From an uncultured Thermococci archaeon (GTDB lineage: Archaea; Methanobacteriota_B; Thermococci; Thermococcales; CAYNOZ01), in the NCBI GenBank assembly GCA_964398955.1, contig CAYNOZ010000004.1:1-40883 (forward strand): a stretch of 40,883 nt of DNA, written 5' to 3'. The first letter of the stretch is position 1; the number at the start of each line of letters is the position of its first letter. The notes beneath the pieces were generated by a model, which had not been told where the DNA came from, did no database searches, and saw nothing but the letters and a program-made list of their open reading frames with translations. Below are positions 9,647 to 19,020 of the stretch, in pieces. Made by a program: the position numbers and the translations under genes.

Positions 9647-10363
9647 ATGTCATTAGATTTATTTGATATTTTAGGTGAAGCTTTTGAGAAAGTTATTAGT
9701 AGAACTGGATTGATTTTTATTGGTTTACTACTGGTTTTAAATTTCTTGAGTAGGATTCCAGCTGAAGGTTTTGCAAATTTAATGGTTAATAATAATTTTA
9801 ACAGTATTTCTTCTATTTTTAACTTAATTTTAGCTCCTACTTTTTTATTTATAAGTTTTCTAATATTTGTTGGTACTATTATTATTAGTATTGCAGCTGT
9901 TAGAAATTTTGTAAGTGATGAAGATAAGAGAATCCGTAAAGAGTTCTTCACTAGAAATATGTTTTTTGCTAGTGTTAATTCATTTATTGGAGCTATTTTT
10001 TACGGAATTATAATTGGTGTTGGTTTTATATTGTTTATTATTCCAGGTATTTTCCTTTTGGTTAGTTTGTTCGCTTGGGAAATTTTCGTCGTGGTGGAAG
10101 ATCAGAATTTTCTTGAAGCTGGTAAGAGTAGTTGGAATTTGACTGAAGGTAATAGGCTTCCTCTTGCGGGTTTGTTATTATTGGTTACGATGATTGGTAT
10201 TATTGTAAATATTCCTGTTCAGTTATTTGACAGAGGTATTTCTGTTTTGATCGTGGAACCTATTACTGGGAGTATTTTGACTGTGTTTGTTTTTGCTGTT
10301 TCTGCTGTGGCTTATAATCGTCTTTCAGATTTAGAGGATAAAGAAGAAGTGTTGGATGGCTAA
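9647..10363 (+). CDS. Multi-pass membrane protein of unknown function
   Basis: About 6 TM segments; GFILFIIPGIFL...VVEDQNFLEAGKSSWNLTEGN motif typical of an uncharacterised membrane family. Confidence 0.75.
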   Translation: MSLDLFDILGEAFEKVISRTGLIFIGLLLVLNFLSRIPAEGFANLMVNNNFNSISSIFNLILAPTFLFISFLIFVGTIIISIAAVRNFVSDEDKRIRKEFFTRNMFFASVNSFIGAIFYGIIIGVGFILFIIPGIFLLVSLFAWEIFVVVEDQNFLEAGKSSWNLTEGNRLPLAGLLLLVTMIGIIVNIPVQLFDRGISVLIVEPITGSILTVFVFAVSAVAYNRLSDLEDKEEVLDG

Positions 10364-10366
10364 TTT

Positions 10367-11638
10367 CTAGAATGGGTCTTTGAAGTTTTCTCCTGGGTAT
10401 TTTGCTATCTCTCCTAATTGTTCTTCTATTCTTAGTAATCTGTTATATTTGACATTTCTGTCTGTTCTTGCTGGTGCTCCTGTTTTTATTTGTCCTGAGT
10501 TTAGTCCTACTGATAGGTCGGCTATTGTTGTGTCTTCTGTTTCTCCTGATCTGTGGGATACCACTACGCTGTATCCTGATCTGAAAGCTTTTTGTGCTGC
10601 ATCTATTGCTTCGCTTATTGTTCCTATTTGATTTACTTTTAGCAGCAATGAGTTTGCTGCGTTCATTTCTATTCCTTTTTCTAGTCTTTCAACATTTGTT
10701 ACGAATAGGTCGTCTCCCACTATCTGTATGTCTAATTCTTCTGTTATTTGTTTGAATCCGTCGAATTCTTCTTCGTGGAATGGGTCCTCTATTGATATTA
10801 GGTTGTATTTATCCACTAATTCCTTGTAGAGTTCTATTAGTTCTTCTTTTTCATATTCTTTTTCGCCGATTGGGTAGGTTTCATGTCTTTCGTTGTATAT
10901 TTCGCTTGCTGCTGCGTCTATTGCAAAGTTCATATCTTCTTCGTATCCTAGTTCTTCTATTGATTCTAGTAGCATTTCAAATGGTTCTTGTACTTCCTTC
11001 ATTGGGGGAGCGTATCCGCCTTCATCTCCTACGTTTATCGCTCCTTTTCCGTACTCGTTTGCTAATGATTTTTTTAGTTCATGGTACACTTCTGCTACCA
11101 TTCTTATTCCTTCAGAGAATGATTCAGCACCAGTTGGCATTACCATGAATTCTTGAAATTCTAAATCGTTTCCAGCGTGTTCTCCTCCATTAATCACATT
11201 CGCCATTGGTACTGGTAGGACGTAGGAGTTTGAGGATATGTAACTGTATAGTGGTATTCCTAGTAGGTCTGCAGCTGCTTTGCTAGCAGCCATTGAAACT
11301 CCAAGTATTGAATTTGCTCCTAATTCTAATTTATTTTTGGTGCCGTCCAGGTCTAGCATTAAATTATCTATTTTTCTTTGATCTGTTATGTCATACCCTA
11401 TTAATTCTGGAGCTATTTTTTGATTTACTATTTCCACTGCTTTTTTCACTCCTTTTCCATTGTATCTGTCTTCTTCATCTCGTAGTTCGATGGCTTCATT
11501 TTCTCCAGTAGAAGCTCCACTAGGTACAGTTGCTCTACCATAACCATTATCAGTCCAAATTTCTACTTCAACAGTGGGATTTCCTCTGGAATCAAGTACT
11601 TCCCTACCTTTAACATCAATAATTTGATACCGATTCAT
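10367..11638 (-). CDS. eno: Enolase (phosphopyruvate hydratase)
   Basis: DSRGNPTVEVE, VPSGASTG, GDEGG, VGDDLFVTN, SHRSGETED and QIKTG motifs. Confidence 0.98.
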   Translation of the reverse strand: MNRYQIIDVKGREVLDSRGNPTVEVEIWTDNGYGRATVPSGASTGENEAIELRDEEDRYNGKGVKKAVEIVNQKIAPELIGYDITDQRKIDNLMLDLDGTKNKLELGANSILGVSMAASKAAADLLGIPLYSYISSNSYVLPVPMANVINGGEHAGNDLEFQEFMVMPTGAESFSEGIRMVAEVYHELKKSLANEYGKGAINVGDEGGYAPPMKEVQEPFEMLLESIEELGYEEDMNFAIDAAASEIYNERHETYPIGEKEYEKEELIELYKELVDKYNLISIEDPFHEEEFDGFKQITEELDIQIVGDDLFVTNVERLEKGIEMNAANSLLLKVNQIGTISEAIDAAQKAFRSGYSVVVSHRSGETEDTTIADLSVGLNSGQIKTGAPARTDRNVKYNRLLRIEEQLGEIAKYPGENFKDPF

Positions 11639-11940
11639 ATTCACACATTACCAATTATGGTTTTCATGGTTTTTAATTTTTATCAATAAAAATTAAGGAT
11701 AATAGCACATAAAATAATTAATAATAACTTTATAATGCTTTATTATTAAAATAAAATAATAAAAACTCATAATTAATAAAATTCTTTAAAAATTTTCATT
11801 AACTCGGATTAATTATAATTACATGCAAATTCCTTAGAACTCTTAACAATACGAATTTAAAATATATTAAATTTGAAATATATTAAGTTTTAAAGTTTAG
11901 AATTATAAATTTTTAAGAAAAGAGTTATGTAATATTATTT

Positions 11941-13041
11941 TTATTTATTTTGTTCAATTTTGTTGATTCCTCTTCCGTCGAGCTGGTAGTATTCTTCTTC
12001 GGCGCATGGTATGCATAGGATTTTTCCGTTTTGTTTAACTGATTTTGGTGCCATAATTTGTTCTCCGCATTCCTCACAAGTTTTGTCTTCATATATTGGT
12101 GCATAATCCGGTGAATTGATTTCTACTTCTTTAATTTCGAATATTTGTTCTATTGGTACTTTGATTAAGTCAAATGCTTCTTGGCTCCATCTTTTGTTTA
12201 AGGTTTTTTCTTCTTCTTCTTTGGTTCCTTCTCTTTTCTCTATGACTTTTTCGAAGAGTTTCTGTGTTTCTTGTTCTCTTTTTTCTTGTACTTTTTCTTC
12301 TTTTAGTTTTAATCTTATCCCTTTTCCGTTTCTTTTGGTTATGGTTACTGCTGTTTTTCCATAATCTTTGTAGATTAACGCGTTGTTGCCGAATGTACAT
12401 CCTGTTGAGTACTGTATTCCATCGCTGAAGCAGCTATTTGTTTCTACTATTGCTAATAAATCTTCCATGCCTTTAGAATTAGTTTGGAGCTCTCTTATAG
12501 CGTATGAACCAGCCTTAACTCCTAAACTTAAGTAGGGACAGAAATGACCATGTAATTCCCCTGATTTGAATAATAATTTCTCTAAGTTTCTTTTCTTAAT
12601 TAATTGGTTTATCTCTTTCCTAGGATTTTCTTTCAAATCATGTTTCTTTATATGATCAATTTCATCCATTGGAGCAGCATAAGGTTTAATATCAAGTACA
12701 GGAGTACCATCTACCGCATCAAGTCCATAAACTTTTAATTCGTTATCATTTCTCTCTAATAATTTAACAGTTGTGAGACCAATTGAATTAGGTCTTCTAG
12801 GGCTTCTAGAAGCAAAAACTCCTCTGACTCTTCCATGACGACGTTTTCCTTTCAGGTCATAACCTTCCATCTTATCTAAGTAAAAAAGGATCTGTAAATA
12901 GTCATTATCCTCTACACCATTGAGTCCTTCGCTGAACTCTGGACTAACGATTATAGTGCTCTCATGTTCCTTCATCTCATCTGGACCAACAGGTTCCTTA
13001 TACCTACTTTTAACTTCTCCAATTGAATTAAAATCAACCAT
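11941..13041 (-). CDS. TrmO/TsaA-like SAM-binding domain fused to FmdE-like domain with C-terminal Zn finger
   Basis: N-terminal GVFASRSPRRPNSIGL and DAVDGTPVLDIKPY; C-terminal HGHFCP, ETNSCFSDGIQYSTGCTFGN and CEECGE...CIPC. Confidence 0.85.
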   Translation of the reverse strand: MVDFNSIGEVKSRYKEPVGPDEMKEHESTIIVSPEFSEGLNGVEDNDYLQILFYLDKMEGYDLKGKRRHGRVRGVFASRSPRRPNSIGLTTVKLLERNDNELKVYGLDAVDGTPVLDIKPYAAPMDEIDHIKKHDLKENPRKEINQLIKKRNLEKLLFKSGELHGHFCPYLSLGVKAGSYAIRELQTNSKGMEDLLAIVETNSCFSDGIQYSTGCTFGNNALIYKDYGKTAVTITKRNGKGIRLKLKEEKVQEKREQETQKLFEKVIEKREGTKEEEEKTLNKRWSQEAFDLIKVPIEQIFEIKEVEINSPDYAPIYEDKTCEECGEQIMAPKSVKQNGKILCIPCAEEEYYQLDGRGINKIEQNK

Positions 13042-13110
13042 TTTATCATACCTTATTAGATATATCAGTGATAATATTTATGAAAATGATTAGCCATTAA
13101 AGACTAGATT

Positions 13111-13881
13111 CTAACCGGATATTGGTTCTTCTGGGACTACGAGAGATCTTCCCATATGATTGCTTACGCTTACTTTAACTCCGTAGACTGTTTCAATATT
13201 TTCTCTTGATAGGATTTCGGGTCCTCCAAAATCATAGACTTCGCCGTTATTTAGCATTAGTATTTTGTCACAATATCTTCCTGCTAGATTTAAGTCGTGT
13301 ATAGCGAGTACTGCGGATCTTCCATTCTTTACTTGTTCTTCTATTATTTTAAGTACCTCTAGTTGGTGTTTTAGGTCTAGGTCGCTTGTGGGTTCGTCTA
13401 GAAGTAGTATATCCGGATCTTGCGCTAAAGATCTTGCTACCATTACTTTTTGTTTTTGTCCTCCACTTAGTTGCTTTACATCTCTCATAGATAGTTCTTG
13501 TAGTCCTAGGAGTTTAATTATGTTTGAAACTTTTTTTAAATCTTCTGATGTGGGTTTCCAGTTAATATATGGTTTTCTTCCTAGTAGGACAGTGTCAAAT
13601 ACAGTAGATGGAAATTCTTTACTCTCATTCTGAGGTACATAACCTACGATTTTAGCCACATCCTCTCTACTTAGTTCTTCTATCGGTTTACCATTTAATT
13701 TAATGTTTCCAGTACTTGGTTCTAATATTCCATTAATATTTTTCAGTAGAGTGCTTTTACCACTTCCATTAGGTCCTACTATTCCTAATATTTCATTATC
13801 ATTCAGGGTAAAGTTAATATCTTTTAAGACTTCATCTTCCTCACTATAACTGAAATTTAATTCATTTACTTTTATACTCAC
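13111..13881 (-). CDS. Metal-chelate (Fe-siderophore/cobalamin/Ni class) ABC transporter ATP-binding subunit
   Basis: GPNGSGKST, LSGGQKQ, LLLDEPT and HDLNLA motifs. Confidence 0.92.
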   Translation of the reverse strand: MSIKVNELNFSYSEEDEVLKDINFTLNDNEILGIVGPNGSGKSTLLKNINGILEPSTGNIKLNGKPIEELSREDVAKIVGYVPQNESKEFPSTVFDTVLLGRKPYINWKPTSEDLKKVSNIIKLLGLQELSMRDVKQLSGGQKQKVMVARSLAQDPDILLLDEPTSDLDLKHQLEVLKIIEEQVKNGRSAVLAIHDLNLAGRYCDKILMLNNGEVYDFGGPEILSRENIETVYGVKVSVSNHMGRSLVVPEEPISG

Positions 13882-14981
13882 CAGTATTCCCTCCCTTTTA
13901 TTACAAGATATATGAAGAGTGGCGCTCCTAGGAAAGAAGTTAGTATTCCGACTGGAAGAACCATTGGAGCAATCACTGTTCTGGCAACAGTATCAGATGC
14001 TAACAGTAATACTGATCCTATAATGAAAGATGAAGGAATTAAAAACCTTTCATTCCCACCTATCAATCTTCGAATCATGTGAGGCACAACTAATCCTACA
14101 AAACCTATTATCCCTACGAATGATACAATAAGTGCTGTCACAAAACACGAGAAAACCATTCCATAGAGCCTTAATTTCTCAACATCAACCCCTAAACTCT
14201 TTGCTGTTTCATCTCCAGAGTCTAAAACCTCATAATCCCAGCTCTTATAAATAAAATAAATTGTAGAAGCAATCACTGCAACTACCATAATACCTAGATC
14301 TCTCCAAGTGGCCCGACCTACATCCCCGAAGGTCCAAAAAACAATAGAAGCTAATTCTGTTTCACTTGCAAAATACTGCATCGCCGTGTAACCTGCAGTA
14401 AATAACGAACCTAAAGCAACTCCAGTTAAAATCATAGTAGCAGGAGAAGCCTTCTTATACCTAGATAACAGCACTATAACAAATGTAGAAACCAATGACC
14501 AAGCAAAAGCGGATATAGTAACTAAGTAAGGATTATTCAAAATAACAGCATCAGATGCACTACTCTGAGTAGTACCTGCTCCAAGAACTATAACAGCAAA
14601 TGCAGCACCAAACGCAGCAGCATGTGAAATCCCTAAAGTAAAAGGAGAACCTAAAGGATTTCTTAAAATACTTTGCATAGCTGCTCCAGCAACCGCTAAA
14701 CCCGCACCAGCAACAATTGCTGAAAGAACCCTAGGAAGTCTAATATTCCAAATAATCGTGCTAAAAGTACTTGACTCAGAATTTCCTAAAAGAACCATTA
14801 CCGATTCAAAAAAAGGAATATTCGCAGCACCAATAGTTAACGAAAAAAGCGCTAACAAAACTAAAACCACGACTGCACCAATAATAAAAACAAGTCTCTT
14901 ATCAGCATATTTTTTATATTCCTTCAAAGACTCATTTTCTGTTCCCTGCTCTTCAACACTAACCATTAATTTACCTTCCAA
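13878..14981 (-). CDS. FecCD/BtuC-family ABC permease
   Basis: IRLPRV, RNPLGSPFTLG, GDETAKSLGV, GIIGFVGLVVPH and LPVGILTSFLGAP motifs. Confidence 0.92.
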   Translation of the reverse strand: MEGKLMVSVEEQGTENESLKEYKKYADKRLVFIIGAVVVLVLLALFSLTIGAANIPFFESVMVLLGNSESSTFSTIIWNIRLPRVLSAIVAGAGLAVAGAAMQSILRNPLGSPFTLGISHAAAFGAAFAVIVLGAGTTQSSASDAVILNNPYLVTISAFAWSLVSTFVIVLLSRYKKASPATMILTGVALGSLFTAGYTAMQYFASETELASIVFWTFGDVGRATWRDLGIMVVAVIASTIYFIYKSWDYEVLDSGDETAKSLGVDVEKLRLYGMVFSCFVTALIVSFVGIIGFVGLVVPHMIRRLIGGNERFLIPSSFIIGSVLLLASDTVARTVIAPMVLPVGILTSFLGAPLFIYLVIKGREYW

Positions 14982-15003
14982 ATATTAAATTAAATTCATT
15001 AAT

Positions 15004-16140
15004 CTATTCAGAGATTCCTATTTCTCTAAATCCGCCAAAATCTTTTCTAAACTCACTATAAACAGATTCCCCCACCAATTCTCTGTAAATCTCATCTGAC
15101 TTTACCACAGGTTCTACATCACTAAACCTTTCCGGGTATAGAACATTACCAATAAAATATGAGTTAGCTAATACATTAGCAAAGTTGTGACTATAGTAGC
15201 TCTGTGGTAAGATCCCGTAAATATTTCCCTCCTCAACTGCATCCAAACCCTTAAACTTCGGATCTTTTAAATCCTTCATAACTAGAGAATAACTACCCTC
15301 ATCAACAAAAATGAAATCAGGGTCCCATTCAATAATTTTCTCTTTACTCACCATTACATGCTCCATTCCTAAGCCACTTGCAGGATTTCTAGCATTCAAA
15401 AATTGGAAAGGACCAAATTTAGGCTCAGTTCCTGAAATTCCATGAGACCCTTTATAATTTACACCGCCAACATAAGCAGTAGGTCTTTCACTAGATTTTA
15501 GGTTCTGAGTTCGATTTTCCAAATCACTTATAGTATCCTTAATAAAATTTATTACTTCGTCAGATCTTTTTTCCTTGCCTAGTATCTCTCCTAATAACTG
15601 CAAACCATCGTAGACTTCATCCCTGTGCGCTCCTAAATCTCCATACCTTAAAGCTATCACTGGGACCCCGGTCTTTTCCTGTAAATCGTTAGCTTCCCCA
15701 GCAGTACAATCACTCCAAATGATTACATCCGGGTTCTGAGATGCAATTAATTCTGGGTCACCACCATGCATAGGTCCAATAGAAGGTAGATTCGATAGAT
15801 CTGGGTGAGCATAAATATAAGGCCTTCCCTTTAAATGTTTTTCATCCTTCTCAATTTCCTCTACTCCAACCACTCTATCAGTACTATTAATATAATCAAT
15901 TAATCTTAGAGTTCCAGCCCCTAATGCCACAATCTTTTCGGGCCTCTTTTGAACTTCTACTTCCCTACCTACCATGTCCTCAACAACTAAAGAACCCTTA
16001 CTTTCAACCTGATTAACACAACCAGAACCTAATAAAGAAACAAACAACACAAAAATTACTGAAACAATTATTAATGAATCTAATGAACCTTCAAATCCTT
16101 TAAACCGATTCAACTCTTTTTCACCGTTCTGCTCATCCAT
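15004..16140 (-). CDS. Metal-chelate ABC transporter substrate-binding lipoprotein
   Basis: Lipobox-like LGSGC; EDMVGREV, EKIVA, VVGVE, E.I....PD and WDPDFIF (periplasmic binding protein class III). Confidence 0.88.
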   Translation of the reverse strand: MDEQNGEKELNRFKGFEGSLDSLIIVSVIFVLFVSLLGSGCVNQVESKGSLVVEDMVGREVEVQKRPEKIVALGAGTLRLIDYINSTDRVVGVEEIEKDEKHLKGRPYIYAHPDLSNLPSIGPMHGGDPELIASQNPDVIIWSDCTAGEANDLQEKTGVPVIALRYGDLGAHRDEVYDGLQLLGEILGKEKRSDEVINFIKDTISDLENRTQNLKSSERPTAYVGGVNYKGSHGISGTEPKFGPFQFLNARNPASGLGMEHVMVSKEKIIEWDPDFIFVDEGSYSLVMKDLKDPKFKGLDAVEEGNIYGILPQSYYSHNFANVLANSYFIGNVLYPERFSDVEPVVKSDEIYRELVGESVYSEFRKDFGGFREIGISE

Positions 16141-16159
16141 GAAAAACACCCTAAATATA

Positions 16160-16186
16160 GTAACACGAAATCTGTATTCTTGCTAC
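16160..16186. promoter_or_regulatory. Candidate NikR-like operator just downstream of the ABC operon TATA box
   Basis: GTAACAC-N13-TTGCTAC imperfect inverted repeat (27 bp), abutting minus-strand TTTAATAA at 16187-16194. Confidence 0.4.
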
Positions 16187-16296
16187 TTATTAAATTTTAT
16201 GGAAAAATAACACGAACAAAAATAAACATAAACAAACAAAAAATACCAACAAAAACTTAATTCATAAAAAAGTAAAAACTCAAAGGAGGATACAAA

Positions 16297-16569
16297 ATGA
16301 ACCAAAAAGAAATAACCACCAAATTAAAAAAATCCCTAAAAAACAGACCATGGGAATACGAAATACGTAAAACCAGCAAAACCATAAACTTAACATCCAA
16401 CTCAAAAAACGATCTAGAAGCATCAAACCACATATACCTAAAAATAAGCCACATCAAAAGCATAAAAGACAAAGGAGGAAAAAACATAGACCCCTTATTC
16501 ATTAAAACATCCCACGGAGAATTTCAAATCTACAAAAACGGAATCAAGTACAAACCACCAAAAAAATAA
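16297..16569 (+). CDS. Hypothetical basic protein
   Basis: 90-aa ORF with GGAGG SD 7 nt upstream; no recognised motif. Confidence 0.55.
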   Translation: MNQKEITTKLKKSLKNRPWEYEIRKTSKTINLTSNSKNDLEASNHIYLKISHIKSIKDKGGKNIDPLFIKTSHGEFQIYKNGIKYKPPKK

Positions 16570-16781
16570 AACACCCCCCATACCTCACAACCAGAAACAG
16601 TACCCTAAATATCCAATCTTAACCAACTGATCCCAAATTTTATTGACAATGATATCATAAGTTTTTGTCAGTATTTCTATTTATTCTTCTTTAAATTCTT
16701 TTAATGGATAAATAATCCAGAAATTTAACTTTATAAACCATAAAATATAAATTAACTACCGAACAACATAAAAAAAGAGGT

Positions 16782-16985
16782 ATGACTAAAATGGTATGGG
16801 GATTATCCAAACTCGAAGATAAAGAAATTGAAAAAATCCAACAATTAGAAAAAAAACTAGAAATAGAGCTACTAGCCTTCTCAGACTACGACCTCAAAAT
16901 CGCAGATCTAAATAAACAAGAAATAAACAAAATAAAAAAACTAGAAAAAGAACTCAACGTATCACTATTAGCAATAAACGAATAA
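16782..16985 (+). CDS. Small hypothetical protein made of two tandem ~30-aa repeats
   Basis: LSKLEDKEIEKIQQLEKKLEIELLAF versus IADLNKQEINKIKKLEKELNVSLLAI; GAGGT SD. Confidence 0.7.
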   Translation: MTKMVWGLSKLEDKEIEKIQQLEKKLEIELLAFSDYDLKIADLNKQEINKIKKLEKELNVSLLAINE

Positions 16986-17021
16986 ATAAAAACTCCATTT
17001 CTAATCTTCAAATTAAACAGA

Positions 17022-17428
17022 TTTAATGACCTCTCCTTAAAGGAAGGAGATTCCATGCGGGCCTTATCCAAAGGGAGTTTGCCAAGCATCAGGCTTCTCT
17101 CATCGACCTGATCAACATAGAACTTAACTCCAGGAGAAGACCGGATTAGACAAGAAGACCTATACTAACCAATTGGTTCCCTTATTCTTATTTTCCCTGG
17201 CAGCTCCACATCCCCACTACACTCTACTGAATTCGAGCTTACCTAACCTTGAATGTCGAGTCTGAGGCTTTATCCAATGCCTCAAAAGGCATGGGATCGC
17301 TTTTTGATCAACACCAGACTCCCAACCAACTACCAGTTAATTTCACTAAGTATTGGGGCTATTTAGTGTTACGGTTTGGTGTATCCTATCTCTAAAGGAC
17401 GAGGTCTTAACCAACCACGAAAAGATAA
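17022..17428 (-). mobile_element. ORF-less structured element with IS200/IS605-type ends (non-autonomous, PATE-like or ncRNA-carrying), copy A
   Basis: The reverse complement of 17161-17428 aligns blockwise with 40596-40883. Terminal hairpins are CCTCGTCCTTTAGAGATAGG (left) and GAATCTCCTTCCTTTAAGGAGA (right), with several internal stems. Confidence 0.7.
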
Positions 17429-17529
17429 AGATCATCAAAATTAAAATTTTCCTAACTAAACTGAGCAACTTCTAATTTTGGCATCCCTAATTCTTTAAAC
17501 TATAACCACGATATAACAAGGGTAAAAAG

Positions 17530-18414
17530 ATGTTACAGGATCTTGAAAAAACAGAAAAAGTAAAAATTTACACCTTATTAGAGGATTATGCCGGTTATAG
17601 TACTTTATTCAAATCTCAGCACGGAATTTCTTTTTTAATTGAATCAAAAGTGGATAATAAAACTACAAGGGTACTTTTTGATACAGGCACTTCTGCAGAG
17701 CCAGTTCTATATAATTTGGATCTTTTAAATATAGATCCTAGCTCAATTGATATGATAGTACTTTCTCATAATCATTATGATCATACTGGAGGTTTAAAGA
17801 AATTCGTTGAAAAAATTGATGGTCAAGTTCCAATATTCGCCCATCCTAATATTTTCAGGAAAAGTTTTGCTGTTGACCCAATGTTTAGATATGCCGGAAT
17901 TCCTCCTCTTAGAGGTGGTATGAAAGAAGATATTGAAGAGATTGGTGGGATTTGGATGCTTTCTGAGGATCCGATTAAACTAATGCCTGGTATCTTCACT
18001 CTCGGGGAGATTAATTCTCAAGTTGAGTTTGAAAAGGAAGCTAATATTGATCTCTACAAAATTGAAGATGGTAAAGTTTCAAAGGACGAGATAGAAGATG
18101 AAATTGGATTAGGAATCTTAACAGATGACGGTTTAAGTATCGTTGGAGGATGTTCTCATCCTGGAATTGTTAGCATGATAGAACAAGGCCAAAATTTGAT
18201 TAACACTCAAGAAATAAATAAAATAATCGGAGGTTTTCACTTAAAAGATGCTGAAGACGTTAGAATAGAGCAAACAGTTAAGAATTTAAAAGATAAAAAA
18301 GCAAACAAGATTATTACTGGACACTGCACAGGTTTAAAAGCTGAATCGAAATTCTTAGAAATCTTCAATGATAAATTTGAGAAATTAAACTCAGGCAAAA
18401 TCATTGAAATTTAA
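17530..18414 (+). CDS. MBL-fold metallo-hydrolase (MJ0301/dihydropteroate-synthase-like family)
   Basis: HGISFLIE, LFDTG, SHNHYDHTGG, GCSHPG, GGFHL and GHCTG motifs. Confidence 0.88.
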   Translation: MLQDLEKTEKVKIYTLLEDYAGYSTLFKSQHGISFLIESKVDNKTTRVLFDTGTSAEPVLYNLDLLNIDPSSIDMIVLSHNHYDHTGGLKKFVEKIDGQVPIFAHPNIFRKSFAVDPMFRYAGIPPLRGGMKEDIEEIGGIWMLSEDPIKLMPGIFTLGEINSQVEFEKEANIDLYKIEDGKVSKDEIEDEIGLGILTDDGLSIVGGCSHPGIVSMIEQGQNLINTQEINKIIGGFHLKDAEDVRIEQTVKNLKDKKANKIITGHCTGLKAESKFLEIFNDKFEKLNSGKIIEI

Positions 18415-18432
18415 AAACCTAAGTTGCAAAGA

Positions 18433-18915
18433 TCATTTAATTTGAGCTAAAATGCTCCAATATCTATCCTTTCTTTTTCCTTGAATTATTTTATATCCTT
18501 GTTCTTTTAGTTTTAACATAACTTCATCTAAGTTAAAGTATTCTTCATTGAGTCCGTTGTTCACTCCTTCTTTCCAATCTACTATAATTATATGGCCTTT
18601 ATTGTTAAGAACTTTTTTTGAATTTTTTAAGAATAAATTAGGTTTATTTAAATGGTGTAATGTTTTTATAGTGTAAATAATATCGAAAATTTGATCTAAC
18701 TGGTTTATTTCCTCTCCTTTCAATTCGTAACATTCTTGTCTTTCTTCTTTCATATTCAAAATTGGATATGGATCAATTCCAACTATTTTAGCTCCGTAAT
18801 TGTGTTTTAAGCTTTCGATTAGTTCCCCATTACCGCATCCAACATCCAATACCTTATGATTTCTCTTGTAAATTTTTTCGAAAAGTTCAATAAAAGAATT
18901 GTCCATTTCATCCAT
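18433..18915 (-). CDS. Class I SAM-dependent methyltransferase
   Basis: VLDVGCGNG motif I, FDII, LHH and G.IIIVDW. Confidence 0.85.
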   Translation of the reverse strand: MDEMDNSFIELFEKIYKRNHKVLDVGCGNGELIESLKHNYGAKIVGIDPYPILNMKEERQECYELKGEEINQLDQIFDIIYTIKTLHHLNKPNLFLKNSKKVLNNKGHIIIVDWKEGVNNGLNEEYFNLDEVMLKLKEQGYKIIQGKRKDRYWSILAQIK

Positions 18916-19020
18916 TTTTTTACCTTCAATTTTTTTGGTGATTATTTGATTTATTTAAACTAATAATTAGATTTATAAAATAATAATTAAAGATGGAAAG
19001 ATTTTTTTAAGTTACTTAGT

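Noticed and set aside
6062-15006. Pyrrolysine read-through at TAG stops (7641, 6062, 10367, 13111, 15004)
   Set aside because: Each protein appears complete at the TAG, and there are no pyl genes or split domains in the window.
16886-17089. 67-aa minus-strand ORF (MLGKLPLDK...ESPSFKER)
   Set aside because: It runs through the right-end hairpin of the repeat element and is antisense to the better-supported 16782-16985 gene; no SD.
17022-17428. Group I intron, RNase P or SRP RNA identity for the repeat
   Set aside because: I could not find group I R/S elements, GAGGAAAGTCC or the SRP helix-8 motif, and two diverged copies argue against a housekeeping RNA.
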